Assembly (NCBI GenBank): GCA_041737265.1
Contig: JBGSSC010000475.1
Location: forward strand, 1-60,609
Direction: 5' to 3'
Length of the DNA: 60,609 bases
Source: Terrimicrobiaceae bacterium
GTDB taxonomy: Bacteria; Verrucomicrobiota; Verrucomicrobiia; Chthoniobacterales; Terrimicrobiaceae
In this document: one piece after another, positions 42,121 through 51,264 of the stretch
Numbering within the stretch: the first letter of the stretch is position 1
Layout of the letters: each line of letters begins with the position of its first letter
Notes under the pieces: generated by a model
The model's input: only the letters and a program-made list of their open reading frames with translations
Told to the model about the DNA's origin: nothing
Database searches by the model: none
Position numbers and translations under genes: made by a program

Positions 42121-44601
42121 GTGATTAACGGCCTCCGCATCCTAACAGTCACCCTGCTCTGCCTGACGCTATTTGGCTGCGGGAAAAAGGAGACATCGCT
42201 GCAGCTTGCCAACGACGGGAAATCCTCCGTCTGCATTGCATTAGCGGACTCTGCCTCTAAGCCGGAAAAATCAGCGGCCGCCGAGCTCGCGACCTACCTG
42301 AAAAAAGCGACAGGAGCGGAGTTCCCCATCGTTAAACCACAAGAGGCTGCTGGCCGACCCACCATCGCCGTCGGGCCCGGCGCAGCCAAGGCGCTGCTTC
42401 CGGATCTCGATCTGACCAAGTGGGGCGACCAGGGACTCGGCGAGGACGGAATTGTGCTCAAGTCAGCGGGATCGAACCTGATTCTGACCGGTGCCGAGGG
42501 CTCGCAGCGCGGAACGCTTTATGCGGTGTATGAATTTCTCGAGCGCACAGCCGGGGTCCGCTGGTGGACGCACACCGAGGAAACCGTCCCGCACAATCCC
42601 ACCCTCGCTGTGGAGTCGCTGGATATCCGGTATAAGCCGCCCTTCCTGTCCCGTGAGCCCTTCAGTTGGGGCATGACGCTAGGCGATCCCTATGACGCCT
42701 TTGACGATTCGGATGCCGCCGTGAAGGATTGGGACGTGGTGCGTTTCGCAGCGAGACAACGCAGCAACGGACATGGGGCGATGCTCCCTGCCAGCCTCGG
42801 CGGATGCCTCCTCCCGATCGGCTTTGTTCACACCAGCTACCAATTTCTGCCGCCGGGTAACTATTTCAAGGATCACCCGGATTGGTATAGCGAAGTCAAG
42901 GGGGTTCGAACAGCAGTGGGCGGCGAGGCGGGACATGGGCGCGGGCAGCTCTGCTGGACCAATGACGAAATGCTCGGGGAGCTGACTAAAGTGATTCTGG
43001 AAAAAATCCGCAAGAATCCGCAGCTCGGAATGGTCGATGTCAGCCAGAACGACTGGGACGACCACTGCGAGTGCGCCAAGTGCAAGGCGCTGGATGATGC
43101 CGGTGGCTCCCACGCGGCTTCTCTGATCTACGGCGTCAACCGCGTGGCAGAGGCGGTCGAAAAAGAGTTTCCAGGATTCCTTATCCAGACGCTCGCTTAC
43201 CAATACACGCGCAAGCCGCCCACGAACGTGCGCCCACGTGACAACGTCGTGATCCGTCTTGCCGTCATTGAGCGGGGCGCGACCCAGCCGATTGATAGTG
43301 ATCAGAACCGAGCCATGTTCGATGACCTCAAGGGCTGGTCGGCGGTCGCACCCAAACTTTCCATTTGGGATTATGTATCGAATGTTTACGGACCGCTCAC
43401 GCCGCATCCGAAGCATCAGGTGTTCGCCAAGGACTTCCGCACCTACCGCGACAACCACGCGGTTGGTGTATTCTTGGAGGGCGAATCGATCGGCGCGACC
43501 GATTTTATTGACTTCAAGAACTATCTCATGGCGCGGCTCTTGTGGGATCCCTCCCGCGATGAAAATGCGGTGATCGACGAGTTTCTTAATGGCTACTACG
43601 GCAAAGCCGGGCCATTCCTCCGCCAGGTCCTCGACCTTTACGCGGAGAAAGGAAGTCTGGCATTTCTCGGATCGTTTAATGACGGACTGGACGCGTCGTG
43701 GCTGGACCTTGCGGCGATGAACCGGGCGACCGAACTCTTCCAGCAGGCGGAAACGGCCGTCGCGCGCGCTCCCGAGGAACTGGCCCGGGTGAAAAGGGCG
43801 CGTCTCTCCCTCGACCATCAATGGCTGTTCAGCTATGGACGCTACCGGGAGCAGGCCGAACGCGATAAGGTATCCTTCCTTGGCCCGCAAGATCCGGCCA
43901 AGGCCCTCGCCGATTTTTCCACAGCGTTCCATCAAACCGCCACACCGCTCGACCAAACGTGGATGCCGACCTTTCAAAAAGTGCTGGATTTTGGCAGCGG
44001 AAAAGAGGGCTGGGATGCGTTCTTCGAACATTTTAAGGAGAAGGCCAAGCCACCGGCACTGGTGCCAGAGGCGTTCCGTAGCCTCCCGCCTTCAAGCGTC
44101 ATCGATATGGACGAGTCCCGGTGCTTCATTTACAAGGCTTCCGGCGCGACGATCGTGCCAGATCCCAAGGCCTCGAACGGTTTGGCCATGCGGGTTCCGA
44201 AAGCCCCCGCGCCGAGCTGGGGGTTGCAGGCACATACCAAACTCTTGAGTGCCTTAGGTGGTTTGGGCAGGTATCATGTCTATGCCGTGGCTCGTTGCGA
44301 ACTCCAAGCCGAATCCGGCGCCGCCTTCGTCGCCGGTCTCTATGACAGCCGGAGCAAACAGGGCATGGGAACGGTCAGTTTCCCAATCGGCAAACCCGCA
44401 CCCGCACTTGCATCCGGGGAGATCGACGCAAATCCGGCGGTCTTGGGAGTCACCACGAGCGGCAGCCCTGTCACTGATGGCGAGTATCATGTTTACGACC
44501 TCGGGGTCTATGACTTGTCGCACGGCCAGATGTATGTGTGGGTCGGCACAACGACTGGCGATCTGTTTGTAGACCGCTTCCTTTTCGTTAAAGAACCGTG
44601 A
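42121..44601 (+). CDS. DUF4838-like surface lipoprotein (putative glycan-active)
   Basis: GTG 42121 gives MINGLRILTVTLLCLTLFG-C (lipobox). LANDGKSSVCIALADSASKPEKSAAAELATYLKKATGAEFPIV, GTLYAVYEFLERTAGVRWW and HCECAKCKALD match my recollection of DUF4838. The longer track start at 42040 adds 27 non-signal residues. Confidence 0.6.
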   Translation: MINGLRILTVTLLCLTLFGCGKKETSLQLANDGKSSVCIALADSASKPEKSAAAELATYLKKATGAEFPIVKPQEAAGRPTIAVGPGAAKALLPDLDLTKWGDQGLGEDGIVLKSAGSNLILTGAEGSQRGTLYAVYEFLERTAGVRWWTHTEETVPHNPTLAVESLDIRYKPPFLSREPFSWGMTLGDPYDAFDDSDAAVKDWDVVRFAARQRSNGHGAMLPASLGGCLLPIGFVHTSYQFLPPGNYFKDHPDWYSEVKGVRTAVGGEAGHGRGQLCWTNDEMLGELTKVILEKIRKNPQLGMVDVSQNDWDDHCECAKCKALDDAGGSHAASLIYGVNRVAEAVEKEFPGFLIQTLAYQYTRKPPTNVRPRDNVVIRLAVIERGATQPIDSDQNRAMFDDLKGWSAVAPKLSIWDYVSNVYGPLTPHPKHQVFAKDFRTYRDNHAVGVFLEGESIGATDFIDFKNYLMARLLWDPSRDENAVIDEFLNGYYGKAGPFLRQVLDLYAEKGSLAFLGSFNDGLDASWLDLAAMNRATELFQQAETAVARAPEELARVKRARLSLDHQWLFSYGRYREQAERDKVSFLGPQDPAKALADFSTAFHQTATPLDQTWMPTFQKVLDFGSGKEGWDAFFEHFKEKAKPPALVPEAFRSLPPSSVIDMDESRCFIYKASGATIVPDPKASNGLAMRVPKAPAPSWGLQAHTKLLSALGGLGRYHVYAVARCELQAESGAAFVAGLYDSRSKQGMGTVSFPIGKPAPALASGEIDANPAVLGVTTSGSPVTDGEYHVYDLGVYDLSHGQMYVWVGTTTGDLFVDRFLFVKEP

Positions 44602-44611
44602 CTTCCGAATC

Positions 44612-45370
44612 ATGAAAATCAAAACGGACACGGTCTGCACAAGGCACGCGTTCACTTTGATCGAGGTGCTCACGGTCATCGCGGTCATCGCCATTCTTGC
44701 AGCACTCCTTTTTCCGGTCTTTGGCCGGGTGAGAAAATCGGCGGACAATGCCAAGTGCGTGAGCAACCTGCGCCAGCTCGGGGCGGCATTGACCACGATG
44801 ATCGGCGACCAAGCACCCAACCTGTCGGTTCACTACTACGATGGCTCCATAGAGCCGACCTGGTCATCCGATCTGGTGGACAAAGGCTATCTGACGTCCG
44901 ATGTGATGAAAAAGGTTGCCCGCTGCCCATCCTTGGCCACGCCAGCGAAGCATCTCGAAAACTACAGTTTCTTCTGCTACGGCCTGAACCGGTTGGCCAC
45001 GTTGACGAGGGTATCCGATCCCACGGCAAGCCCGCCGGTGCAGTGGGATGAAAAAATCAACACCTTGACCCTTCCCAAAGCCTCTTCCTCCGCCATCTTG
45101 GGAGACTCGGTTCTGCGTCCTGACTGGGACAACGCCTATCAATGGTTATTTTTTGGAGTTGGCAATGATGGCGATGGCGGAATTGTCCACGTCTGGCACA
45201 GCGGGCTAGCCAACTTCTTCTTCCTCGACGGGCACATTGAAGCCCTGAAGCCAGCTGAAATCCGTTCCCTGCAAACAGCAAACCCAGAGATCTACAGCCA
45301 AGGTCCGTTGGAGTATGCGGAGGAAACCATCAGTCCCGATGGCAAGGCTTCGATGAAAACGCTTCCGTAG
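44612..45370 (+). CDS. prepilin-type N-terminal domain protein of the H-X9-DG family (pseudopilin-like), paralog 2
   Basis: MKIKTDTVCTRHA-FTLIEVLTVIAVIAILAALLFPVF and HSGLANFFFLDGH (H-X9-DG). It starts 10 nt after the DUF4838 stop. Confidence 0.8.
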   Translation: MKIKTDTVCTRHAFTLIEVLTVIAVIAILAALLFPVFGRVRKSADNAKCVSNLRQLGAALTTMIGDQAPNLSVHYYDGSIEPTWSSDLVDKGYLTSDVMKKVARCPSLATPAKHLENYSFFCYGLNRLATLTRVSDPTASPPVQWDEKINTLTLPKASSSAILGDSVLRPDWDNAYQWLFFGVGNDGDGGIVHVWHSGLANFFFLDGHIEALKPAEIRSLQTANPEIYSQGPLEYAEETISPDGKASMKTLP

Positions 45371-45447
45371 TCCCATCGGCTAGTGGACTAAAGTGCCAAC
45401 GAAAACGAACGAGAAATCAACGAATCCCCGTCATCGACTGCACCAAC

Positions 45448-48400
45448 TTGAAAAACACTCCCTTTATTCTTTTCACCGTAGCTCTCGTCTTGTTGGCCGT
45501 GGGTTGTCGCAAGACGGCGACGACATCTCAGCCGCCGCCTGATCCGTCGCTGGTCTTCTCCCTTAGTGAGTTGGCGGAAACCGCAGTGAAACCCGGTTAC
45601 GTCCCGTCTACCGTCGAGCGCGGCACCTTAAAAGGTGATGCCCTGATCCGGGAGGGCACTCTTGTTCTCGACGGGAGTGGAGACTTTGCCGAAGTGCCCG
45701 ATAGCAAAGATTTCGCGCTCGCTCAAGGGCTCACACTGGAGGCCGTCGTCAAGCTGACTGCTAACAAAAACCATATGTTTGTCGGCAAGGTCGAGGATTG
45801 GCTTTTCGGATACGACGGTGAGGGGCGCCTCTACTTTAACATCAAGGCAAAAAAGGGTGATTGGTCCTGTGCCTCCCAGTCCGCAGGCAAAATCATTAAG
45901 GAAGGCGAATGGGTGCATGTGGCTGCGGTTTACAAGCCCAACCGCGATCCGCTCGCCGCCGCCAAGGGGCGGGTCGAGATTTACCTCAACGGAATCAATG
46001 TGGGATCAAGGGAAATGCTCTTCGAACCGGAGGAAACCGCCGGCCCGCTGCGCATCGGACGGCTCTGGGGTGACAGCGACCAGGCGGGTGTCTGGGATAT
46101 GAACGGGGAGATCCGCACTCTCCGCATTTACAAACGGGCGATGGATGCGTCGGAAATCGTCTCGCTGGCCTGCGATCAGCCGGGCATCCGCATGGACCCG
46201 CTGGTCTTCGAGGTGGTGCCGGATGTTATCGGAGGTCGTCTCGGGATCCGCGCCAAGCCCCAGCTATCGGCCTCAGCTCGGGCGGCTCTACAGGCGGCTG
46301 CGGCACGGGGTAAGGCGTCGCTGAGCGTAACCGTGCGAGGTCCCAATAAAGACAACGCCGCCACGCAGGAAGCCCGTTTCGCTTATGATCCCCAAACCGC
46401 GATCTACTGGATGCCTTACCGTTGGGCCGATGGCCAGCATGAGGTGAGCCTCAGCCTGGAAGGTGGCAGTTCTGCGATCACGGCCTCGCGCTCTGTGACC
46501 AAGCCGCCGACTCCCTGGCTCGGGCAAAGCAAGGCGCCAACAGAAGTATTGGCTCCCTGGACACCGCTGCAGACTTCCGACGGGAGGGTCGTCGAGTGCT
46601 GGGGTCGCCGCTATCTTTTTGACGGCCCCTTCCCGAAAAGCATCCTCAATCAGGGCCGCGAAATGCTGCGTGCCCCGATCACGCTCCAAGCCAAAAGCGG
46701 AGACCGGCAGGGGCGCCTTGAGGAAACCACACGCGCCACGGTGACGGAGAGCCCGGTTCGCGCCGAGTTCAAAGGAGAGGGCTCGTTTTCCGGCATCCCC
46801 GATCTGAAGGTCTCATGGACGTCCTGGACGGAATACGACGGGGTGACCTACACCACCGTCACGCTCACGCCGTCTGGAAAGAATGTTCAACTCGATGCGC
46901 TCAGCCTTTCCATCCCGCTGCGTCCCGACATGACCCGGTATCTCATCGGCGTCATGGGCGATCACCCCCTCAAATTTAAGGGAGGCGGCGACCCGGCAAG
47001 CAGGCCGATTCGGCTCGACGGCCAGCGGGTCGAATTGGAGCGCTTCATGCCGTATCTCTGGCTCAACAATCTCGACGAGGGCTTTGTCTGGTTTGCCGAT
47101 TCGGACGCTAACTGGGTGACCCCCGACGGCCGTGCGCCGATCGTGGTGGATGGCGGGGCGGAGGCTGGCATCACGCTTCGGCTCATCGACGAGCCCACCA
47201 CGCTCACTGGCCCGGTCACCTACTCCCTCGGCTTCCAAGCCACGCCCGTCAAGCCACTGCGGGCCGACCGTTTCTCCCATCGCTGGGGCGAGACCGCCCA
47301 CCAGCCGGAGGTCAGCAACTTTGTTTATCTCGCAGGGTTTTCCAAGAGCGAGGGAATGTGGCTGCCGGCGGATGGACCGAAGCTCAAAGGCTATCTCGAT
47401 GCGCAGTTGGCGAAGGGCATTTCCTGCTTTCCCTATGCATCGCTTAACGGCACGGGAGACCACAACCAGGTCTATGATTTCTTCCAATCGCTTTGGCACG
47501 CGCCGGGCGGTTATGTCTTCGGGCCGTTCAACCGCTCCATCAGTTATCCGAGCTATCTCGAAGATGGCAAACGCGTCAGCCCTTTCATGGGCGAAGAAGC
47601 CCTCAAGGCACAGGTGCAACACAGCGTGCCACGGGTTAATCCCGGCCTGCCTTCCTATGCCGACTACCTCTGCTGGACGGCGGAAGAACTCGAACGTCAG
47701 TCGGGGCCGGTGAGTCTTTACACCGATCTCTCGTATCATGTGGATCCGGCGTGGACCACGGATCTCGCCAAAGTGAACCCGGCACACCTCGGGGTGGATC
47801 AGTTTGGACGCACATTTTTCGATTACCGAATTCTCGGGATGCGAGACCTCGCCCGGCGACTGGCTGAGATCGTGCGCCGCCACAGCACGCCGGAGCGTCC
47901 TCTGACCTGGATGGCCCACGACCAAAACCGCTTCTGCCCCGTTTATCACGGCTATGCCGACTGGTGGTTTCCCGGCGAGCAATACAACGACGTCTTTTCG
48001 AAACACGGCCCGTTCGGCCTGATGGATGGAAGCATTCCAGTCGAACAGTTTCGCGTCGAGAGCGCCGACGAGCGCGCTTCCGGGGTGCCCGGCGTCCTGC
48101 TGACGCAGTTCCTGCGCTGGAGTTTCATGCGCGATCCGGGCTTCTGGGGCGCCGACCAGCTTAAGGCGGCACCGACTCCGGAATTGCTGAATGCCGCTGC
48201 CGACTCAGTCATCGCCCGCTGCGCGGTCGAGGGCGTGGAATTTCTCGCCACCTGGGAGATGAAAGATGCGGCACCGGAGTGGTGGAAACTGCGCAAGCGC
48301 CTCGGCCTTGATTCCTTTGAAGCCCGCTTCTTACCCTATTGGCGTTCCGGCTGCCCGGCCACGACCAACACGGAGGCGGCCATGGTCTCGGCCTACGCCT

Positions 48401-48624
48401 TTGATGGAAAGCGTGCGGTGCTGGTCATCGCTAACCCTCTCCCCAACGAAATGCCCGTCGAGGTTGCCGTGGACTTGAGCGCTCTGAATTGGCCAGCGGG
48501 CGCAGTGCCTCTCCTCACCGACGAGCGGACCGGCGCCAGCATCCCTTGGAAAGACGGACATTTCACCGTTCCGGTCAAAGCGCGGAATTACACGCTAGTC
48601 AGTCTAAGCACGATGTTTCGATAG
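45448..48624 (+). CDS. large surface lipoprotein: N-terminal LamG domain plus ~800-aa uncharacterised region
   Basis: A TTG start is required for the signal peptide/lipobox MKNTPFILFTVALVLLAVG-C. The LamG pattern (LVLDGSGDFAEVP...GLTLEAVVKL...WVHVAAV...IYLNGINVG...GEIRTLRIYKRAMDASEI) is a divergent paralog of 17648 and 18445. I do not recognise the remainder. Confidence 0.6.
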   Translation: MKNTPFILFTVALVLLAVGCRKTATTSQPPPDPSLVFSLSELAETAVKPGYVPSTVERGTLKGDALIREGTLVLDGSGDFAEVPDSKDFALAQGLTLEAVVKLTANKNHMFVGKVEDWLFGYDGEGRLYFNIKAKKGDWSCASQSAGKIIKEGEWVHVAAVYKPNRDPLAAAKGRVEIYLNGINVGSREMLFEPEETAGPLRIGRLWGDSDQAGVWDMNGEIRTLRIYKRAMDASEIVSLACDQPGIRMDPLVFEVVPDVIGGRLGIRAKPQLSASARAALQAAAARGKASLSVTVRGPNKDNAATQEARFAYDPQTAIYWMPYRWADGQHEVSLSLEGGSSAITASRSVTKPPTPWLGQSKAPTEVLAPWTPLQTSDGRVVECWGRRYLFDGPFPKSILNQGREMLRAPITLQAKSGDRQGRLEETTRATVTESPVRAEFKGEGSFSGIPDLKVSWTSWTEYDGVTYTTVTLTPSGKNVQLDALSLSIPLRPDMTRYLIGVMGDHPLKFKGGGDPASRPIRLDGQRVELERFMPYLWLNNLDEGFVWFADSDANWVTPDGRAPIVVDGGAEAGITLRLIDEPTTLTGPVTYSLGFQATPVKPLRADRFSHRWGETAHQPEVSNFVYLAGFSKSEGMWLPADGPKLKGYLDAQLAKGISCFPYASLNGTGDHNQVYDFFQSLWHAPGGYVFGPFNRSISYPSYLEDGKRVSPFMGEEALKAQVQHSVPRVNPGLPSYADYLCWTAEELERQSGPVSLYTDLSYHVDPAWTTDLAKVNPAHLGVDQFGRTFFDYRILGMRDLARRLAEIVRRHSTPERPLTWMAHDQNRFCPVYHGYADWWFPGEQYNDVFSKHGPFGLMDGSIPVEQFRVESADERASGVPGVLLTQFLRWSFMRDPGFWGADQLKAAPTPELLNAAADSVIARCAVEGVEFLATWEMKDAAPEWWKLRKRLGLDSFEARFLPYWRSGCPATTNTEAAMVSAYAFDGKRAVLVIANPLPNEMPVEVAVDLSALNWPAGAVPLLTDERTGASIPWKDGHFTVPVKARNYTLVSLSTMFR

Positions 48625-48948
48625 GCGGTTCATACAAATGCCCGGATCCCAACAGTCAAACACGCTCAAGCCTCCAAGGCTACCGTCTCAAGACTCTCCC
48701 TCTCTCCCGCAAACTCAATCAAGCGGGATGCGTGTTGGTGACGAAATCTTTCACGCGGAGGCCGCTCAATAAATCCGTTAGGCCCATGATCCACCGCGAA
48801 AACCCATCCTTTCCCAGGAAGGCGGGCAGCAGGATTTTTTCCCGCACGTGGAAAATGAGTTTCAGAAGACCTCCTTTGGCTGAGACGGCCGGCTGATTTT
48901 CATCCGAGATCTCATGCCCGATCAAACGAACATGTCTCACTCAATTTT

Positions 48949-49392
48949 ATGATAAATAATGAATGTTTAAATGGCTGGTGGGATTTCCTGCCGGTCGAAA
49001 CCACCACCGAAATTCCCGCCCAGGTTCCCGTCGCAGATGAAACCACTTACTTTACCAATGGCAGCGGGGCCTATCCCGTCGCCGACATCATTGCCGTCGA
49101 GCGTTTTCTCCCCAATAGCCACGCCGGCCATGTCAAATGGCGCGAGATCGAAGGCAAGAAATACTACATGCCCGGCGAAGTCTGCGACCCCATCGGACGC
49201 GAGTGGTTCTTCACCGAGGACGACCAACCCCGCAGTGACGAGGAATTGCTTGGCATGTATCTCGTGAGCATCAGCCGCGGGACCAATCTCCTGCTAGATG
49301 TCGGCCCTGACAAGCACGGCCTGATTCCGCAAAAGTATGTGGGCGCCTTGCAGCGGCTGCGAAAAAATCTCGACCGGCTTGGCGTTGTCTGA
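48949..49392 (+). pseudogene. chimeric ORF: first 28 codons of a GH2 gene fused to the last ~110 codons of a GH29 fucosidase gene
   Basis: MINNECLNGWWDFLPVETTTEIPAQVPV matches 22976.. (MLDNHCLNGWWDFLPVETSTQIPAEVPV). From ~49057 onward, ...DIIAVERFLPNSHAGHVKWREIEGKKYYMPGEVCDPIGREWFFTEDDQPRSDEELLGMYLVSISRGTNLLLDVGPDKHGLIPQKYVGALQRLRKNLDRLG matches the C-terminus of 28313..29329 almost residue for residue. It lacks the GH29 catalytic N-terminal blocks. Confidence 0.8.
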
Positions 49393-49579
49393 GCAGGTGT
49401 TTTTATAACAACCGATGAAGACATGACTATTCCCACCTCATACATCCTCCGCGTCGTCGGTCTCGGCAAAGACCGAAGCATTATTTCATCCGTATTTGCC
49501 AATGAACACTGGTCCATAGGTAAAATTTGCGAAAAGAACGAAGGCAAAAACCTTGCTGCTTACAATTTCGCTGACTTCT

Positions 49580-49598
49580 GAGGCGATGGCCTCGCCTC
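49580..49598 (+). terminator. GC-rich hairpin GAGGCGA-TGGCC-TCGCCTC
   Basis: It is a perfect 7-bp stem with a 5-nt loop, read directly from the sequence. It has no clean U-tract (followed by TAGGAAATTAGAGTTTCTTG), so its role as a terminator is uncertain. Confidence 0.25.
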
Positions 49599-49821
49599 TA
49601 GGAAATTAGAGTTTCTTGAGCGGCTGATGAAGGTTGACGGAAGGCCGTGCTGTTAATGATGGAAGGCATTTCCGGAATTCTCAGACCATCGGTGAATGGT
49701 TAAAACCTTCGTGAACGGGATCCCGCAAGATCGCAAATTGCTCATCCCCCTATTTGCAATACATTTTTGCTTTGCACACCGGGCAAAAGTCCCATGGTAA
49801 AGCCAATGAACTCGTCCTGCC

Positions 49822-51264
49822 ATGAGCAACGCCCCCTCTGATCCCGCCGCGAAAACCTTTCATGTCGGAACGCTCACCTATACCAAGGCCGGGCTGTTTT
49901 CTCTCTTCACGTGGCTGCTGTGGGGTGACTTCTGTTTTATGCTCATGGAGGTGGCGGCTCCGGCGGTGCTGCAGGTCAATCTCAATGAGATGGGCGCGCC
50001 GAACTGGGTGCTTGGGCTGGTGCTTTCAACGATTCCGGGAATCTTAAACATGACCGTTTGTCCGGCCTCCAGCTTCTGGAGTGACCGGTTCCGCAGCCGT
50101 TGGGGACGTCGGATTCCGTTTTTATTCCTCGCGACAATTCCGCTCACTTTTTTCCTCATTCTCCTCGGGTTTTCCAAACAAATCGGCACTTTGCTGCATG
50201 GGGCAATCCATGGAGGGATTTCGCAGACGGCTGTTATCATCGGCGTCGTTGTTGTTTTGGTTTTCTGCTTCCAGGTCTTCAACATGGTTGTGGCCTCGGT
50301 TTATTACTACTTGTTCAATGACGTGGTCCCGGCGGAAGTGCTTGCGCGGTTCATGTCGATATTCCGGATCGTCGGGGTGCTCTCCGGCGCGGTCTTCAAT
50401 TGGTTTTTTCTCAAATATGCGGTGAGTCATATGACTGAAGTGTATTTGATCGCGGCCGGGCTCTACGCAACGGCCTTTTTGCTGATGTGTTGGAAGGTGA
50501 AAGAAGGCGAATACCCTCCGCCCCCGGCCCATCCGGATGGCGGGTCGGGAATCATTAGCGGCATCAAAACATTTTTTGTGGAGTCCTATTCGATCAAGTT
50601 CTACTGGCTCTTTTTTCCGGCCAACACATGTTTTGCATTAACCTCAGTCGCAGGGGGATTTAACATTCTCCAAGCCCGTTCCATCGGGGTTGACCTCGAT
50701 TTTTTTGGCAAGACAACAGCGATTGCCTCGATTGTCAGTGCCGTGCTGATGTATCCCGCCGGAATTGTCTCGGACCGAACCCATCCCTTGCGGGTTCTCA
50801 TGTGGGCCACGATCGCATTGCTGATTATCCAACCGCTCTGGCTGATCTTCTTGTTTATGGATTTCAGCCCCGGCGTGTCCCACGGGATTTTTATCGCCAT
50901 CACAGCTGTCACAGCACCGGCACTCGCCCTCTACATGGCTGCCGAGCTTCCAATGTATATGCGAATTCTTCCCAAGTCCCGCTACGGGCAGTTCTGCTCG
51001 GCCAATGCCATGGTCCGCTCGTTTGCCATCATCATCGGAGGGTTAGTTATCGGGATTGCTCTGGACCGGCTCGCGATCTGGTTCCCGACTAAGGATTATT
51101 GCTATCGTTTTGTCCCGCTCTGGTCGCTCGTCTTTATCGGTGCTTCGTTGTTTTTCCTCCGCAGGCTCTACGCGGATTGGCAGATGCGGGGCGGCATGAC
51201 GTCGTATCATCCTCCGGGTTTTGAACCAAAGGACGAACCTGATGCCGAGACTGTCTCCACATGA
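49822..51264 (+). CDS. MFS-type sugar transporter (paralog 3 of 3)
   Basis: GTLTYTKAGLFSLFTWLLWGDFCFMLMEVAAPAVLQVNL...APNW...SDRFRSRWGRRIPF and ~12 hydrophobic segments. It is the first gene of a tightly packed 7-gene block. Confidence 0.8.
   Translation: MSNAPSDPAAKTFHVGTLTYTKAGLFSLFTWLLWGDFCFMLMEVAAPAVLQVNLNEMGAPNWVLGLVLSTIPGILNMTVCPASSFWSDRFRSRWGRRIPFLFLATIPLTFFLILLGFSKQIGTLLHGAIHGGISQTAVIIGVVVVLVFCFQVFNMVVASVYYYLFNDVVPAEVLARFMSIFRIVGVLSGAVFNWFFLKYAVSHMTEVYLIAAGLYATAFLLMCWKVKEGEYPPPPAHPDGGSGIISGIKTFFVESYSIKFYWLFFPANTCFALTSVAGGFNILQARSIGVDLDFFGKTTAIASIVSAVLMYPAGIVSDRTHPLRVLMWATIALLIIQPLWLIFLFMDFSPGVSHGIFIAITAVTAPALALYMAAELPMYMRILPKSRYGQFCSANAMVRSFAIIIGGLVIGIALDRLAIWFPTKDYCYRFVPLWSLVFIGASLFFLRRLYADWQMRGGMTSYHPPGFEPKDEPDAETVST

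Noticed and set aside
48719-48940. 73-aa minus-strand ORF (MRHVRLIGHEISDENQPAVSAKGGLLKLIFHV...) in the gap before the chimeric ORF.
   Set aside because: It looks vaguely protein-like, but I recognise no motif and it has no partner genes on that strand. It may be another relic; the support is too weak to call.
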